DNA of 63,515 nucleotides, filler included, from Octopus bimaculoides (lineage: Eukaryota): assembly GCF_001194135.2 (NCBI RefSeq). It is 6 parts of 6 records of this genome, joined end to end, with 100 filler letters (N's around TTAATTAATTAA, not from the genome) between each part and the next. Parts side by side here need not be neighbours in the genome. Positions count along the whole stretch, not along the records: positions 50,360 to 54,200 come from NC_068987.1; positions 54,301 to 61,353 come from NC_068995.1; positions 61,454 to 63,515 come from NC_069010.1; 3 more parts are not named here. One strand, given 5' to 3'. The position numbers were made by a program, and so were the translations under genes. Under the pieces are notes generated by a model. That model saw nothing but the letters and a program-made list of their open reading frames with translations. It was not told where the DNA came from and did no database searches. This document shows, piece by piece, positions 50,423 to 63,515 of the stretch; within the stretch, counting starts at the first letter, position 1, and each line of letters starts with the position of its first letter.

Positions 50423-51124
50423 ACGCACAGGCACGCATACACACATACACAGATACACAAACGCAGATACATATCCATAATACTAAAACATAATACATAT
50501 GTATAATACATAAGAGAGGGCACATGATATGTTTTCATAGATTTTAAACCACATCACAGGAATTTATCTGCATCCAAATACCTTAGAACTGAATGTACAG
50601 TGAATGTTTATTTGACAGATGAAATCTAGCGATCTAACAGCATAAATCAGGAACTGTCTCACGGAGGAGCTTCCAAACGATTGCTGACATTAATTGATTT
50701 TCGGTTATGGTAGAATACGTTAGTCAAAGTTGCAACACAAAGCGGCCAAATCCGAATCTTTCAATAAATAAAATAAAATTTCTTGACTACACCATCATGC
50801 AAATATATATTTAGTTACGAATAGTAATCCAAGTGACATAACTCTGGATATTCAGTAACAATGATTTACTTCCCTTGACCACAATTAGTTTCCAACAAAT
50901 TTTTCTTATTAAAAAATTGTCATCTCTCATCGCATTTCAACGCATTTTCTTCGCCGACATTTTATATTCGTGGGAGTGAAGTCGTGGGAGTGATGTCGTG
51001 GGAGCAGAGTCCTCTAGCGTATATNNNNNNNNNNNNNNNNNNNNNNNNNNNNNNNNNNNNNNNNNNNNNNNNNNNNNNNNNNNNNNNNNNNNNNNNNNNN
51101 NNNNNNNNNNNNNNNNNNNNNNNN

Positions 51125-51158
<34 letters not shown>

Positions 51159-51278
51159 CCTGTCTGGCTGTCTGCCTGTCTGTCTGCCTGTCTGTCTGTC
51201 TGTATGTTTCTCTCTCTCTCTCTCTCTCTCCGTCTTTCTCACTCTCTCTCTTTCTCTGTATCTCTCTCTCCCTCTTTC

Positions 51279-51310
<32 letters not shown>

Positions 51311-53028
51311 ATCTTTATTTTGGGGGTAACCAGGCTATCATTGAATTCATGCTGTTGAGAGAGGTATCTCTCTCAATATGAAATCCACGGTAGTTTGGTT
51401 ACCGCATGTGTAAAGGATATTTGTATGTCAATTCAGTGTCGCACACTCATTCTTACTCTTCGACATTATTGTATGTATGTATGTATGTATGTATGTACGT
51501 ACGTATGTATGTATGTATGTATGTATGTATGTATGTATGTATGTATGTATCTATCTATCTATCTATCTATATCTATATATATAAGTCCAACCCATGCTAG
51601 CATGGAAAGTGGACGTTAAACGACGATGATATATATATATATNNNNNNNNNNNNNNNNNNNNNNNNNNNNNNNNNNNNNNNNNNNNNNNNNNNNNNNNNN
51701 NNNNNNNNNNNNNNNNNNNNNNNNNNNNNNNNNNNNNNNNNNNNNNNNNNNNNNNNNNNNNNNNNNNNNNNNNNNNNNNNNNNNNNNNNNNNNNNNNNNN
51801 NNNNNNNNNNNNNNNNNNNNNNNNNNNNNNNNNNNNNNNNNNNNNNNNNNNNNNNNNNNNNNNNNNNNNNNNNNNNNNNNNNNNNNNNNNNNNNNNNNNN
51901 NNNNNNNNNNNNNNNNNNNNNNNNNNNNNNNNNNNNNNNNNNNNNNNNNNNNNNNNNNNNNNNNNNNNNNNNNNNNNNNNNNNNNNNNNNNNNNNNNNNN
52001 NNNNNNNNNNNNNNNNNNNNNNNNNNNNNNNNNNNNNNNNNNNNNNNNNNNNNNNNNNNNNNNNNNNNNNNNNNNNNNNNNNNNNNNNNNNNNNNNNNNN
52101 NNNNNNNNNNNNNNNNNNNNNNNNNNNNNNNNNNNNNNNNNNNNNNNNNNNNNNNNNNNNNNNNNNNNNNNNNNNNNNNNNNNNNNNNNNNNNNNNNNNN
52201 NNNNNNNNNNNNNNNNNNNNNNNNNNNNNNNNNNNNNNNNNNNNNNNNNNNNNNNNNNNNNNNNNNNNNNNNNNNNNNNNNNNNNNNNNNNNNNNNNNNN
52301 NNNNNNNNNNNNNNNNNNNNNNNNNNNNNNNNNNNNNNNNNNNNNNNNNNNNNNNNNNNNNNNNNNNNNNNNNNNNNNNNNNNNNNNNNNNNNNNNNNNN
52401 NNNNNNNNNNNNNNNNNNNNNNNNNNNNNNNNNNNNNNNNNNNNNNNNNNNNNNNNNNNNNNNNNNNNNNNNNNNNNNNNNNNNNNNNNNNNNNNNNNNN
52501 NNNNNNNNNNNNNNNNNNNNNNNNNNNNNNNNNNNNNNNNNNCCATTTCTCCATTTCTAACAAAACTGTCCGATGAACGGGAACGTGAAACTCAGAGTAA
52601 CGGTTTTTTTGTTATATTTCTGCTGCTTTTAAATAAAGTATATATATATATATATATATATCGTGGTATTAGAAATGATTGTGATATAGCTAACACAGTA
52701 ACAATGTCGGAAACGAAGTCAGAACTGGCATATATACAAATAAATATAATAAATGCTCATGCAGAGGAAAATCAAGCTGCCTATTGATGAACCTCTGTAT
52801 GAGTACAAATCTTGTATATAAATGTACCGCACACACAAGGTGAGGGTCGTATATTTACATTGGGGCAACGGCTGATTCATTCAAGAATCATTATCGCAAC
52901 CATGTAGCCAGCTTCAAGAAAATCAATAAGAGACATTCAGCATCTTTGGCCGATTTTGTGTGGCGACTCAAAGGAGATCAAATTAAATATCGCATAACTT
53001 GGTCCATAGTAATGCACGCAAAACTATA

Positions 53029-53240
53029 CAGGGTGTCCACAAAGTCTGGGTACATGGAGTAAATAAAATCATAACATAAATATTTAAATATAAGAAATAA
53101 TAACCTCTTAAAGTATGTGTTAATCCCCATGTGGGTACATGGAGTAAATAAAATCATTACATAAACAATTAAATATTAGAAATAATAATATTTTAAAGTA
53201 TGTGTTAATCTTCATGTACCCAGACTTTGTGGACACCTTG
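53029..53240. mobile_element. Tc1/mariner-type MITE with internal ~85-bp tandem duplication
   Basis: TA flanks; 28-bp TIR CAGGGTGTCCACAAAGTCTGGGTACATG (27/28 match). Confidence 0.9.
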
Positions 53241-53937
53241 TATAATATCATTTCTAGGAGAAACCGACTCTGCTCCAAGGAATCTCTGTCTATTCTGTGG
53301 ACCAATGAGAAGATCATTAATAGAATTTCTGAAAGACTTTCAAGATACTTACATGCATATAAAAGCACTTTCGCCCAATACAATGGGAATGAATTTTAGT
53401 AACTGTTAACATAATTCACCTTAAGGTATGGATGAATCAAATTTAGCTCTCATCTCCCTATTCTTTTAAAAACCAAGTAGCTATTTAATTGATTCGGTAT
53501 GTGAACGTACGTGCGCCAAACCACACGTGTGCATATGCTTACGTCCTCGTGGGTGCTTGTATGAGCGAGTGTAAATGCGCCATACAACCTACGCAAGGGC
53601 GTTTGATACACCCACATCCGTTAACGGTTATATTTAATACTTTTTCCGCTGTATTGCGTGTTCGATTCTGTTTTGCATCTGTTATCTTATTATTGATCTT
53701 CTATATAAATGAAGCTATATCCTTTGTTTTGCTGCTTTTCTTAACACCAACCGAGAAGATACATTGCGGAACTGTTATTTTAATGAGTTATATCTAATTA
53801 TCACCTGGAGAGACACATATGCACCATCGGATGATCCTGAACCAGTTGTTAAGTATCCCACCCATGAGGAATCGATGCTAGATGGGTCGAAACAATTGTA
53901 GTGATAAATAAAAATTCGTCTCTCATTAACCATATAG

Positions 53938-53938
53938 G

Positions 53939-53970
<32 letters not shown>

Positions 53971-53995
53971 TAGACGGACAGATAGACAGACAGAC

Positions 53996-54051
<56 letters not shown>

Positions 54052-54140
54052 GCAGGCTGGCAGATAGATAAAAAGACAAGAATAGAGAGTTCTTGTATAT
54101 TTGTTAAGATAGATAGATAGACAGATAGATAGATAGATAG
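53938..54140. repeat. (GACA)n/(GATA)n microsatellites
   Basis: Direct sequence. Confidence 0.9.
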
Positions 54141-54200
54141 AGAGATATCTTTTTATTATAGCCACACAGGGCTAAATACAGAAAATGGACAAATTACAAA

Positions 54201-54300
54201 NNNNNNNNNNNNNNNNNNNNNNNNNNNNNNNNNNNNNNNNNNNNTTAATTAATTAANNNNNNNNNNNNNNNNNNNNNNNNNNNNNNNNNNNNNNNNNNNN
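54201..54300. other. Artificial scaffold spacer
   Basis: N44-TTAATTAATTAA-N44. Confidence 0.95.
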
Positions 54301-56512
54301 TTATATATATATATATATATATAATACTTGTCTGTAAACATAGTAAGGAGCGATAACAAGAATCTTTCCAACACAAACTTCAGACATTCGTCGGAAGAGA
54401 TAAATTGGTGCAGAAAAGAGGCACAGTTAACTATGATAGGCGACAACTATTAAATATACCTCATATTACGATCAACTCGGGAACATTATGGCTGGAAACT
54501 TCATTAGAATCACCAATATCGTGCGCATGTGAGTGTGCATGTGTATACGTAGGTGTTTGCGTTAGTGTTTTCTGTGATGTTCTTAAGATGATTTCAACAT
54601 TCTTAATTGTACAGCAGACATTTCTGTAATAAGGCAATGAAGTTGCCGAAGTCGTAAAATGGAACATCTCGTGTAACATTCGAACAAACTGACATCACCT
54701 TAATTAATGAAGCAATATTAAATAACAAGCTCATAGATGGCAATCAGAATCATTGAAGTGTGACACCATATGTCTTGTAGTAGAGATAAAGGTTACGGCC
54801 CTTTAATTTCCTGACTTGAAATACAGCCAATAGCAGAAGTACTTTTCATGATCCCAGACACAAAAATGTGTGTTACGTCTTTGATGATATCCGAACGATT
54901 CTACAACCCTGAGCTCATAGTACAAATCAGTATTTATATGAGTGACACATTTCAAATAGATATACACCTCCGTTTTTTTTTTTCTAAACATTCTTTTCCA
55001 TGTGAAACCGCTTTTATTTTTTACCAAATGAAATTCCCTTCGACGCTGCTTTTCGTTTAAAAATTCTATAGGCAATAAACGAATATAATGCTTACATGAT
55101 TAGATTTACAAAAATAATAATGATGATGTTGATGATGATGGTGACAACAAACCAAAACTAAAGCATAAAAAGTCTAAAACAATCTAGATACAAGAATACA
55201 AAACATTTTACTAATAGTAACACATGTGTATATACATAAATATATGCACATGTATATGTATATATAAATATATCATATATATANNNNNNNNNNNNNNNNN
55301 NNNNNNNNNNNNNNNNNNNNNNNNNNNNNNNNNNNNNNNNNNNNNNNNNNNNNNNNNNNNNNNNNNNNNNNNNNNNNNNNNNNNNNNNNNNNNNNNNNNN
55401 NNNNNNNNNNNNNNNNNNNNNNNNNNNNNNNNNNNNNNNNNNNNNNNNNNNNNNNNNNNNNNNNNNNNNNNNNNNNNNNNNNNNNNNNNNNNNNNNNNNN
55501 NNNNNNNNNNNNNNNNNNNNNNNNNNNNNNNNNNNNNNNNNNNNNNNNNNNNNNNNNNNNNNNNNNNNNNNNNNNNNNNNNNNNNNNNNNNNNNNNNNNN
55601 NNNNNNNNNNNNNNNNNNNNNNNNNNNNNNNNNNNNNNNNNNNNNNNNNNNNNNNNNNNNNNNNNNNNNNTATATATAATAGTATATGAAAATATTTAGT
55701 GGGACGAATGTACTTGTTTCATTGAGTACAATAGATCAAAATATGGTTTGATATTTGTCAATAATGTCGTTAATGGAATTTCAGTGTTCTTAATATTTGA
55801 ATAGTATTTTGTCTTTATTGGCCGTTAAAACCAAAGTTAAAAAAAAAATATATTAAAAATTCACAGAAGTGTGTTGAACGAAATAGTACAAGAGCTGACA
55901 TTGCTAATTAACGTACTATTGAAAATTCCGATTCAACATTCAGTTAAAAACTTGCTCATGTTTGCAATTTGAATCGCATGACATGTCTGTTAGTTCTTCT
56001 TGAGCCTTCAAAGTTAAAAAAAAAGTTCTCCTGTTCCATTTCTACAATAAATTAAATGAGATTTGATCTGGATCATGTTTGTAGTGGCCAGCGTCTTGTA
56101 AAATATATTGTAAAATATTTTATTTGTGGAATCGTGTTTCCATACATGATATTTATTCGATTGTGATATTCAGGATCGAATTAAAGTTTAAATATTTTTG
56201 CAAACAAAATGAACAATACATGAAATAAGTTTATCGTTTCTTCACTGCACAGCTCCATATATTTTTCGCCTTTCTCTCTTCTCTTTTACGTGATTTAGTC
56301 ATTGTACTGTTGGCATGATGGAATACCACCTGAAGCGGATGTAATGAAAGCAGGACAGTCCGTCAAGCGATGGTGGGGCAGACATAACACAAACATACAC
56401 GCGCACACACACGCACACACAGATCCAGTTACAAGGCTTTGATCATCCTGGGGCTCTACAACTGGGGCTCTAGTGGGACTGAACCCCAGGCCGCATGGTT
56501 TGAGAAGATTTC

Positions 56513-56840
56513 ACAGTTCTATATTTAAGAGATGAGGAATTATGTACATTATTTATATTTGACGGATATTTGTTCTCATCTTGTTTGTTGTTAACACAAC
56601 ATTTCTTTCGGCTGATATACCCTCCAGCCTTCATCAGGTGTCTTGGGGAACATTCGAACCTGGGTGCTCATTTCTAAGGTATTTTTCTATGTTATTATTA
56701 TTACTATCATTATGAATCGAACTCGGAATCTTGGAGTTAGTAGCCCGCGATCTTAACCTCTACCCCACATGCCCGTGGGCAATTATGGAGGGAATTTTAG
56801 GGCTTATAAATCTAAAGTTTTCCTAAAATTTCCCCAAGAC
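56513..56840 (-). mobile_element. Second locus of the tRNA-headed hammerhead element (one full arm, central GCCCGTGGGC, partial opposite arm)
   Basis: 56513-56770 matches 3571-3831; AAAATTTCCCCAAGACA at ~56825 matches 3975-3990; adjoins a different SINE at 56300-56510. Confidence 0.82.
56593..56642 (-). ncRNA. Minimal type I hammerhead ribozyme motif (best-preserved copy)
   Basis: Reverse complement GACAC-CTGATGA-A-GGCTG-GAGGGTATAT-CAGCC-GAAA-(GAAA)-TGT-T-GTGTT; perfect 5-bp stem II. Confidence 0.65.
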
Positions 56841-57596
56841 AACTATTAACCCATTTTCTTCCTCCTATTTTTTGTTATTTTTGTACATACATAAATCTTA
56901 AAATTCTTCTCTTTCAATGCAAGGCAATTGTGCTTCAAATCCTGGTCAACATTTGTAAATAGACATCTACTCAGAGTAAATTTTAATGAAATTCATGTTT
57001 GCCTTATTGCACTTAGTTCTGAAAAATTTATCTTACCAGTAATTTCCTGTGGTGAGGTGAGCAACGATTGATAGTAGTAGGTGGTTTGCTTGTAGATTTA
57101 ATCCTGCACTCTCTTATCAATACTGAGCCATTGGTATATGCACCACACATTTATTTCATTCCAGAGCTGTTCCATTTTAACCATAGTTTACTTTAAATCA
57201 AACATAATCTTTTGTTGTAGATCATTTGAACGATCGGTAAAACAGTTAGTTCTTGTGTAGACTGTTTTCATACGAATTAACTGGGAAATTTCAATAGTTA
57301 AGTTACATTTGTAATGTCTGCCAATTCAATAAATTAAATTACAAATTCAGTACTTTCTCTAAATTTTTCAATGAATTACACAAATTAATGTATGAATAAT
57401 TTATACACGGTGTTTCTTAATAGTTGAACTATTCCCGTTCAAAGAGGTCTTTCAATAAATAATTTCTGTGATTATGCGATGCACCTTTACATTGATTTAC
57501 ATCTTAATCTTAGGAAGAAAATTATCAATTAAATCCAATGAAATACGTAAAATATACTTAATATGCCCTAGAAGCATGAAAATAAAATTGTTGATC

Positions 57597-57761
57597 TGTT
57601 GTGTCGACGCCCCCAGGGGAAGAATTAGGATCTCCCAAGACATATAAATAGAGGTAGTCTGGCCGTGGTAGGAGTGTTGAGTAGCAGTCGAGTAGCAGTT
57701 GTGTAGCGGTTGAGTAGACATCATCCGAAGGTGCTAGATAGCAGTAGCTTGAGACATAACA
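57597..57761 (+). mobile_element. Solo LTR (165 bp)
   Basis: TGTTGTGTC...GACATAACA inverted termini (8/9), 5-bp TSD TGATC on both sides, internal TATAAATAG. Confidence 0.75.
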
Positions 57762-59148
57762 TGATCATAACCATATTTGAACTCGGAATGTAAAAGGTAT
57801 GTAATCTAGTGACAGATGTTTAGTCCTACATTTTACTACTTCAGCCAGCCATCAAAATGGCTTGGTATTTAGCACCGGTTAAGTAGTTTAAATATTGCTT
57901 TTCGTTCCGTAGAATCGTAGAAATTACAATATCACTGAACAAAGCGAATTATTCGTCAACCGTGTTTGTTTTCTAATCTTTCATAATTATGTATGAGGCT
58001 AAATATAATACTCATAAATATTTTTATCTAATAAATGTATATTTATAAAAACCCTGTTCTTGTACATTTGAGAATTTCAAGAAATATCCTTCAAAAGAGA
58101 ATTGCTAAGATTGTAATGCCTAAGCGGCATATCTCCTATCGAAATTATACATTCATTAGGACACTTCATAGATCTTATTTGCACGATATTTGTTCTATCT
58201 TTAACAGACCGAATGGTGTTTTAATGACAATGTCTAAAACATAATTCATATTGTAACAAATATTCCTTGTCCTTCATTTTTGTCCGGGTATACTTAGCTT
58301 CTACTTTTTTCCCTGCTTCACGTTCGTGCTTCTACATCCGGGCAACGCTAGATTTATTACGTCAGCATTGTTTTCTTTCATTTTCTTCATTGACAAATAT
58401 AACCATTTCTATAGGGAGATATTTTTCCAATTCTATATAATAAAAATGTCACTGCAATTTTGGAATTAAATTTTAACATTTTTCCCATAGGGAGATATTT
58501 ATATTTCCATTGAATATAAATTTATATAACGTTTTAAAATACCTAAAATTTTGAAAATAAATTTCTCTATTGTTACATTAGAAGGTATTTATATTTCTTT
58601 ACAACATAAATTTCAGTGATATTTTGAGAATAACTAAAGAAAAATACAATTTTACGCAATAACTGACGTAAATTAGACGAGAAAAATTTATGTGTGTAAG
58701 TATTTAGCGTGTATAATAAATTAAAAACCTTGGTTACTTTTTAAAATTTATTGCAATAATTTTATGCGAGATAAATGTACTCTTTAGAAGAAAAGAAATG
58801 CGACAAAAATATTGTCATTATCAGGTGATCTTACTAGTAATTTACGCGGTTGTCAGAATTAACTTCTCTCAGTTACTTCAGCGCACTGCTCGTAATATAT
58901 TTCCGGTTTGAGAATTTGAAATCATGGATGTAAATTCACATCGCTATATTATTATTCATTATGAAAAGAATCACTTCCATCATTTACACTCCGTCATGCA
59001 TGAATGAATTTCAGACATATATTTCTGAATGTTTCGAACACTACCCCCAAATTATTGCATATGTGACTTGTACAATTGACCTGAACTAATTCCTTGTAAG
59101 AGAATTTGGTAGAAAGAAGGTGTGTGTGGAAGACTGTCGAGTATATAG

Positions 59149-59149
<1 letters not shown>

Positions 59150-59218
<69 letters not shown>
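59150..59218. repeat. (GT)n microsatellite
   Basis: Direct sequence. Confidence 0.95.
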
Positions 59219-59220
<2 letters not shown>

Positions 59221-59423
59221 GGTGTGTGTTGTTTACGTCATAGGAATTTAGAAACTTCGAGAGAACGTAAAATAATTCTTGATAAATATTGGGTTAAAAT
59301 ACTCTTTAGATTGTAAATTCGAAGGCATCCTGTGACGTTTTCCAAAAAAGGTTTTAACCCAATATTTTCATGCTGTTATTTGTAGCTTTACCTACTTCGA
59401 GTTCAACAGTTAAAAACGAATTA

Positions 59424-59610
59424 CAGTAATCTCTCGCCATATCGCGGTTCACCTATCGCATTCTATTATTTGAGCTTACGTCGATTCCTCCGTGGTGTTG
59501 CTTTGCATTTATAATAAAATAGATATATACAAATTATGAAAATAATCTTTAAAAATATACAGTACATCACTGATTCTACTCCGCGGATTTTCACCTATCG
59601 CGAGAGGTCA
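59424..59610. mobile_element. pogo/Tigger-like MITE remnant
   Basis: TA-CAGTAATCTCTCG terminus and repeated TTCACCTATCGC. Confidence 0.45.
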
Positions 59611-61297
59611 CAAAAGTCACGACGAATAAATTACTAGACTGAAAATATAAGTACCGAGATCGATGCTTCTACTAAATGCTTCAATTCGGTGCTATAGCAT
59701 GGCCGCAGCCCAGTGGATGTGGCCAAGCTCTGAGTCGCCTTTTAACATAAACGGTAAACATTTATATATATTTCATTGATGTATAAACGTCATAAAATAT
59801 ACATATGGTATTTTGAGTACTAAAAAAGAACATGTGTATCTATTTTAAATAATATAAAAAATATATTTTAAATAGTAATTTTATGCCGAATTATCGTGAA
59901 CCGAGGTATAGCAATTAGCTGTCATCAAGTCGCTTTATTTCCGGATAACGCCGGATATCCTTCAAGGTGCATAAATGTATACACATGTATACACATATAT
60001 ATGCATCCACATTTTCCTGTCTATAAAATACCTACGTATTGAGCGCTTCAAACTTTTGTTTATAAAATGTTCTCATTTGCGTGTGTATGTGTGTGTTTCT
60101 ATGCAAAGATATATATATATATATATATATATATNNNNNNNNNNNNNNNNNNNNNNNNNNNNNNNNNNNNNNNNNNNNNNNNNNNNNNNNNNNNNNNNNN
60201 NNNNNNNNNNNNNNNNNNNNNNNNNNNNNNNNNNNNNNNNNNNNNNNNNNNNNNNNNNNNNNNNNNNNNNNNNNNNNNNNNNNNNNNNNNNNNNNNNNNN
60301 NNNNNNNNNNNNNNNNNNNNNNNNNNNNNNNNNNNNNNNNNNNNNNNNNNNNNNNNNNNNNNNNNNNNNNNNNNNNNNNNNNNNNNNNNNNNNNNNNNNN
60401 NNNNNNNNNNNNNNNNNNNNNNNNNNNNNNNNNNNNNNNNNNNNNNNNNNNNNNNNNNNNNNNNNNNNNNNNNNNNNNNNNNNNNNNNNNNNNNNNNNNN
60501 NNNNNNNNNNNNNNNNNNNNNNNNNNNNNNNNNNNNNNNNNNNNNNNNNNNNNNNNNNNNNNNNNNNNNNNNNNNNNNNNNNATATATATATATATACCC
60601 ACGCATAAAGAGAGCGGGTTTGTATTTATATATACCTATAGGTGTACATATGTATGTATATATCTTCTTAAAATATAACACTGGTGTTCAAATGAGAATA
60701 AACAGGCATAAAATATAAAACTAAGCACACGCATACACGTACACATATACACAACACATAGACCCATAGGCGTACAGGGACACGAAGGCACAAACACGGA
60801 ACATAGGACATATACAGATTTCTTATTGTTCTTTGATATTAAGAAACACTGCCTAAGGTCAAACAAACATGGAAATGTCTTTAATTCTTTCATTTATAAT
60901 TATAGGAAAGAAGTTATGTCTTAAACTGTTCATTGATGGCGCCACAAAGGAGATAACCTCTTTGGAATGCTATATATGAACGCAGATTAATATGTATGAT
61001 TCCTCAGTTATGATATCAATAAGTATGACACACACATGTTGTATATATATATGTATGTATGCATATATGCAGGTGTGTACGTGTATGTGTGCGTGTGTGC
61101 GAGCGTGTGCATCTATGTGACTATGTGTACGAGTGTGCTTGTGTGTAATACTCTCAGTTCGATATTTCCTGCATGTCTACTCCCATAGGGACATCTGTGC
61201 TTTATGTTTAGTAGGTACACACTCATATACACACCTACAGAAGTATACACACACACACAAACACAAACACACATACAAATATATATATATGCTTATA

Positions 61298-61353
<56 letters not shown>

Positions 61354-61453
61354 NNNNNNNNNNNNNNNNNNNNNNNNNNNNNNNNNNNNNNNNNNNNTTA
61401 ATTAATTAANNNNNNNNNNNNNNNNNNNNNNNNNNNNNNNNNNNNNNNNNNNN
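61354..61453. other. Artificial scaffold spacer
   Basis: N44-TTAATTAATTAA-N44. Confidence 0.95.
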
Positions 61454-61882
61454 ATATATATATAAAGAGAGATTTATATGCAAAAACATACATATGTACA
61501 AAAGTAGATATATACATACATATGTATGCATATAAATGTACGTTTGGATGTATGTATACATTTATGTATGTATGTATGCATAAAGGTCATGATAGGAACA
61601 ACGTTACGGAGTCTGGGCCTTAAAACAACACTAAAAACAGGGATCCATATCGAAGTGTTAAAGGTCAGAGGTTAAGGGTTGAAGTCAAGACCACAATTCT
61701 GTCGTAAAGGTCAAACACTTAAAACTGCGCGGAGAACAACAATAATAATAATAATGATAATATTTTCATTTTGCGTTTGTAAAGATTTGTGTGTGTGTGT
61801 GTGCGTGCATAGTTACGTGTGTGTGTATGTATATATATATACGTATATGTATGTATACATATATATGATTATGTAGGTATAC

Positions 61883-61929
<47 letters not shown>

Positions 61930-62577
61930 NNNNNNNNNNNNNNNNNNNNNNNNNNNNNNNNNNNNNNNNNNNNNNNNNNNNNNNNNNNNNNNNNNNNNNN
62001 NNNNNNNNNNNNNNNNNNNNNNNNNNNNNNNNNNNNNNNNNNNNNNNNNNNNNNNNNNNNNNNNNNNNNNNNNNNNNNNNNNNNNNNNNNNNNNNNNNNN
62101 NNNNNNNNNNNNNNNNNNNNNNNNNNNNNNNNNNNNNNNNNNNNNNNNNNNNNNNNNNNNNNNNNNNNNNNNNNNNNNNNNNNNNNNNNNNNNNNNNNNN
62201 NNNNNNNNNNNNNNNNNNNNNNNNNNNNNNNNNNNNNNNNNNNNNNNNNNNNNNNNNNNNNNNNNNNNNNNNNNNNNNNNNNNNNNNNNNNNNNNNNNNN
62301 NNNNNNNNNNNNNNNNNNNNNNNNNNNNNNNNNNNNNNNNNNNNNNNNNNNNNNNNNNNNNNNNNNNNNNNNNNNNNNNNNNNNNNNNNNNNNNNNNNNN
62401 NNNNNNNNNNNNNNNNNNNNNNNNNNNNNNNNNNNNNNNNNNNNNNNNNNNNNNNNNNNNNNNNNNNNNNNNNNNNNNNNNNNNNNNNNNNNNNNNNNNN
62501 NNNNNNNNNNNNNNNNNNNNNNNNNNNNNNNNNNNNNNNNNNNNNNNNNNNNNNNNNNNNNNNNNNNNNNNNNNNNN

Positions 62578-62613
<36 letters not shown>

Positions 62614-62829
62614 CAAATAGTAAATGAGTATATGCATATATACGTACAGGTATGTGCATACCGACATCCACCTGTATGTATAGGTGCATATCTGGGTACA
62701 GGACATTGCAAACAAAACGTAGACGAGAAAACACACAAGCCACATAGAGAACATACTCCTTCATCAGCCGCCCCGTAATCTCGTTCAGAGGACGAGATTA
62801 CGGTTTCGTTACATTTGATCGTTTCTATC

Positions 62830-63010
62830 TATTTGTTGTGTCAGTCATTAAACTGCAGCCATGCTGGAGCAGCGCCTTGAATGTATCGAACCCACTACAT
62901 TCTTGTACGTATTCTATCGATCTATTTTATAGAACTGCCGAGTTACGGGGACGTAAACACACTAACACCGGTTGTGAAACGGGGGGTGGGGGCGGGGGGT
63001 GGGCCAAACA
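62830..63010 (-). mobile_element. SINE copy
   Basis: AGTTACGGGGACGTAAACACACTAACACCGGTTGT is the reverse of the motif at 25020-25065. Confidence 0.6.
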
Positions 63011-63480
63011 CAGGCAGATAGATAGACCGACAGACAGACAAACATGTATGTATGTATGTATGTATGCATGTACGTATGTATGTTTATATATCCATTTGTT
63101 TTTTGAAATCGAAACTGAAAGAAAGCGAGCAAATGAGTTCCAAGTCAGAGCAGCGCCATCTGGAGGTAATTGTGTGAGAGTCGAAAGAAACGAGTCTGGA
63201 TTACAGACACAGTCTGAAATTTATACATCAATGAGTACAGATTAACAAAGTCGTCACAGCCGCAGACAGGTATGTATGTATGTATGTATGTATGTATGTA
63301 TGTATGTATGTATGTATGTATGTATGTATGTAGGTTTGTGTTTATATACATATATATACACACACACACATACATACACGCACGCGGGTGTGTATAAACG
63401 TTTTTATGCTTCAAAATGTATATTTTCATTGTATATATTTAGATATGTTTACAGATAAAATAAGTGTGTGTGTGTATATA

Positions 63481-63515
<35 letters not shown>

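Noticed and set aside
12475-62778. Long ORFs in the track made mostly of X plus YIYI/CVCV/MYVC runs
   Set aside because: They are N-gaps and microsatellites read through without stops, not proteins

Overview
This is AT-rich, microsatellite- and gap-laden animal genomic DNA, almost certainly coleoid cephalopod (octopus-like, judged from the protocadherins and the repeat families). Five artificial 100-bp spacers (N44-TTAATTAATTAA-N44) join separate scaffolds, so adjacency across them is unproven. The scaffold at 25816-50259 holds a head-to-tail (+ strand) protocadherin array with a ~7-8 kb period: the last two exons of gene A, a complete gene B (middle of the ectodomain in an N-gap), a doubly deleted pseudogene C, and the 5' part of gene D. 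Each unit appears to have a conserved non-coding leader exon, one large ectodomain/TM exon and two private cytoplasmic exons carrying YEEI and YxN tyrosine motifs. The rest is decayed mobile DNA: RTE and CR1/L2 LINEs, tRNA-derived SINEs, mariner and maT transposons, MITEs, Helitron remnants and a solo LTR. The most novel-looking items are (1) a palindromic tRNA-headed element carrying a minimal Penelope-type hammerhead ribozyme (three motif copies at two loci), (2) the paralog-conserved Pcdh leader exon with a bZIP-type site and a uORF, and (3) an RTE LINE with a C2H2 zinc-finger array at its C-terminus. All coordinates and alignments were read by eye; no searches were run.
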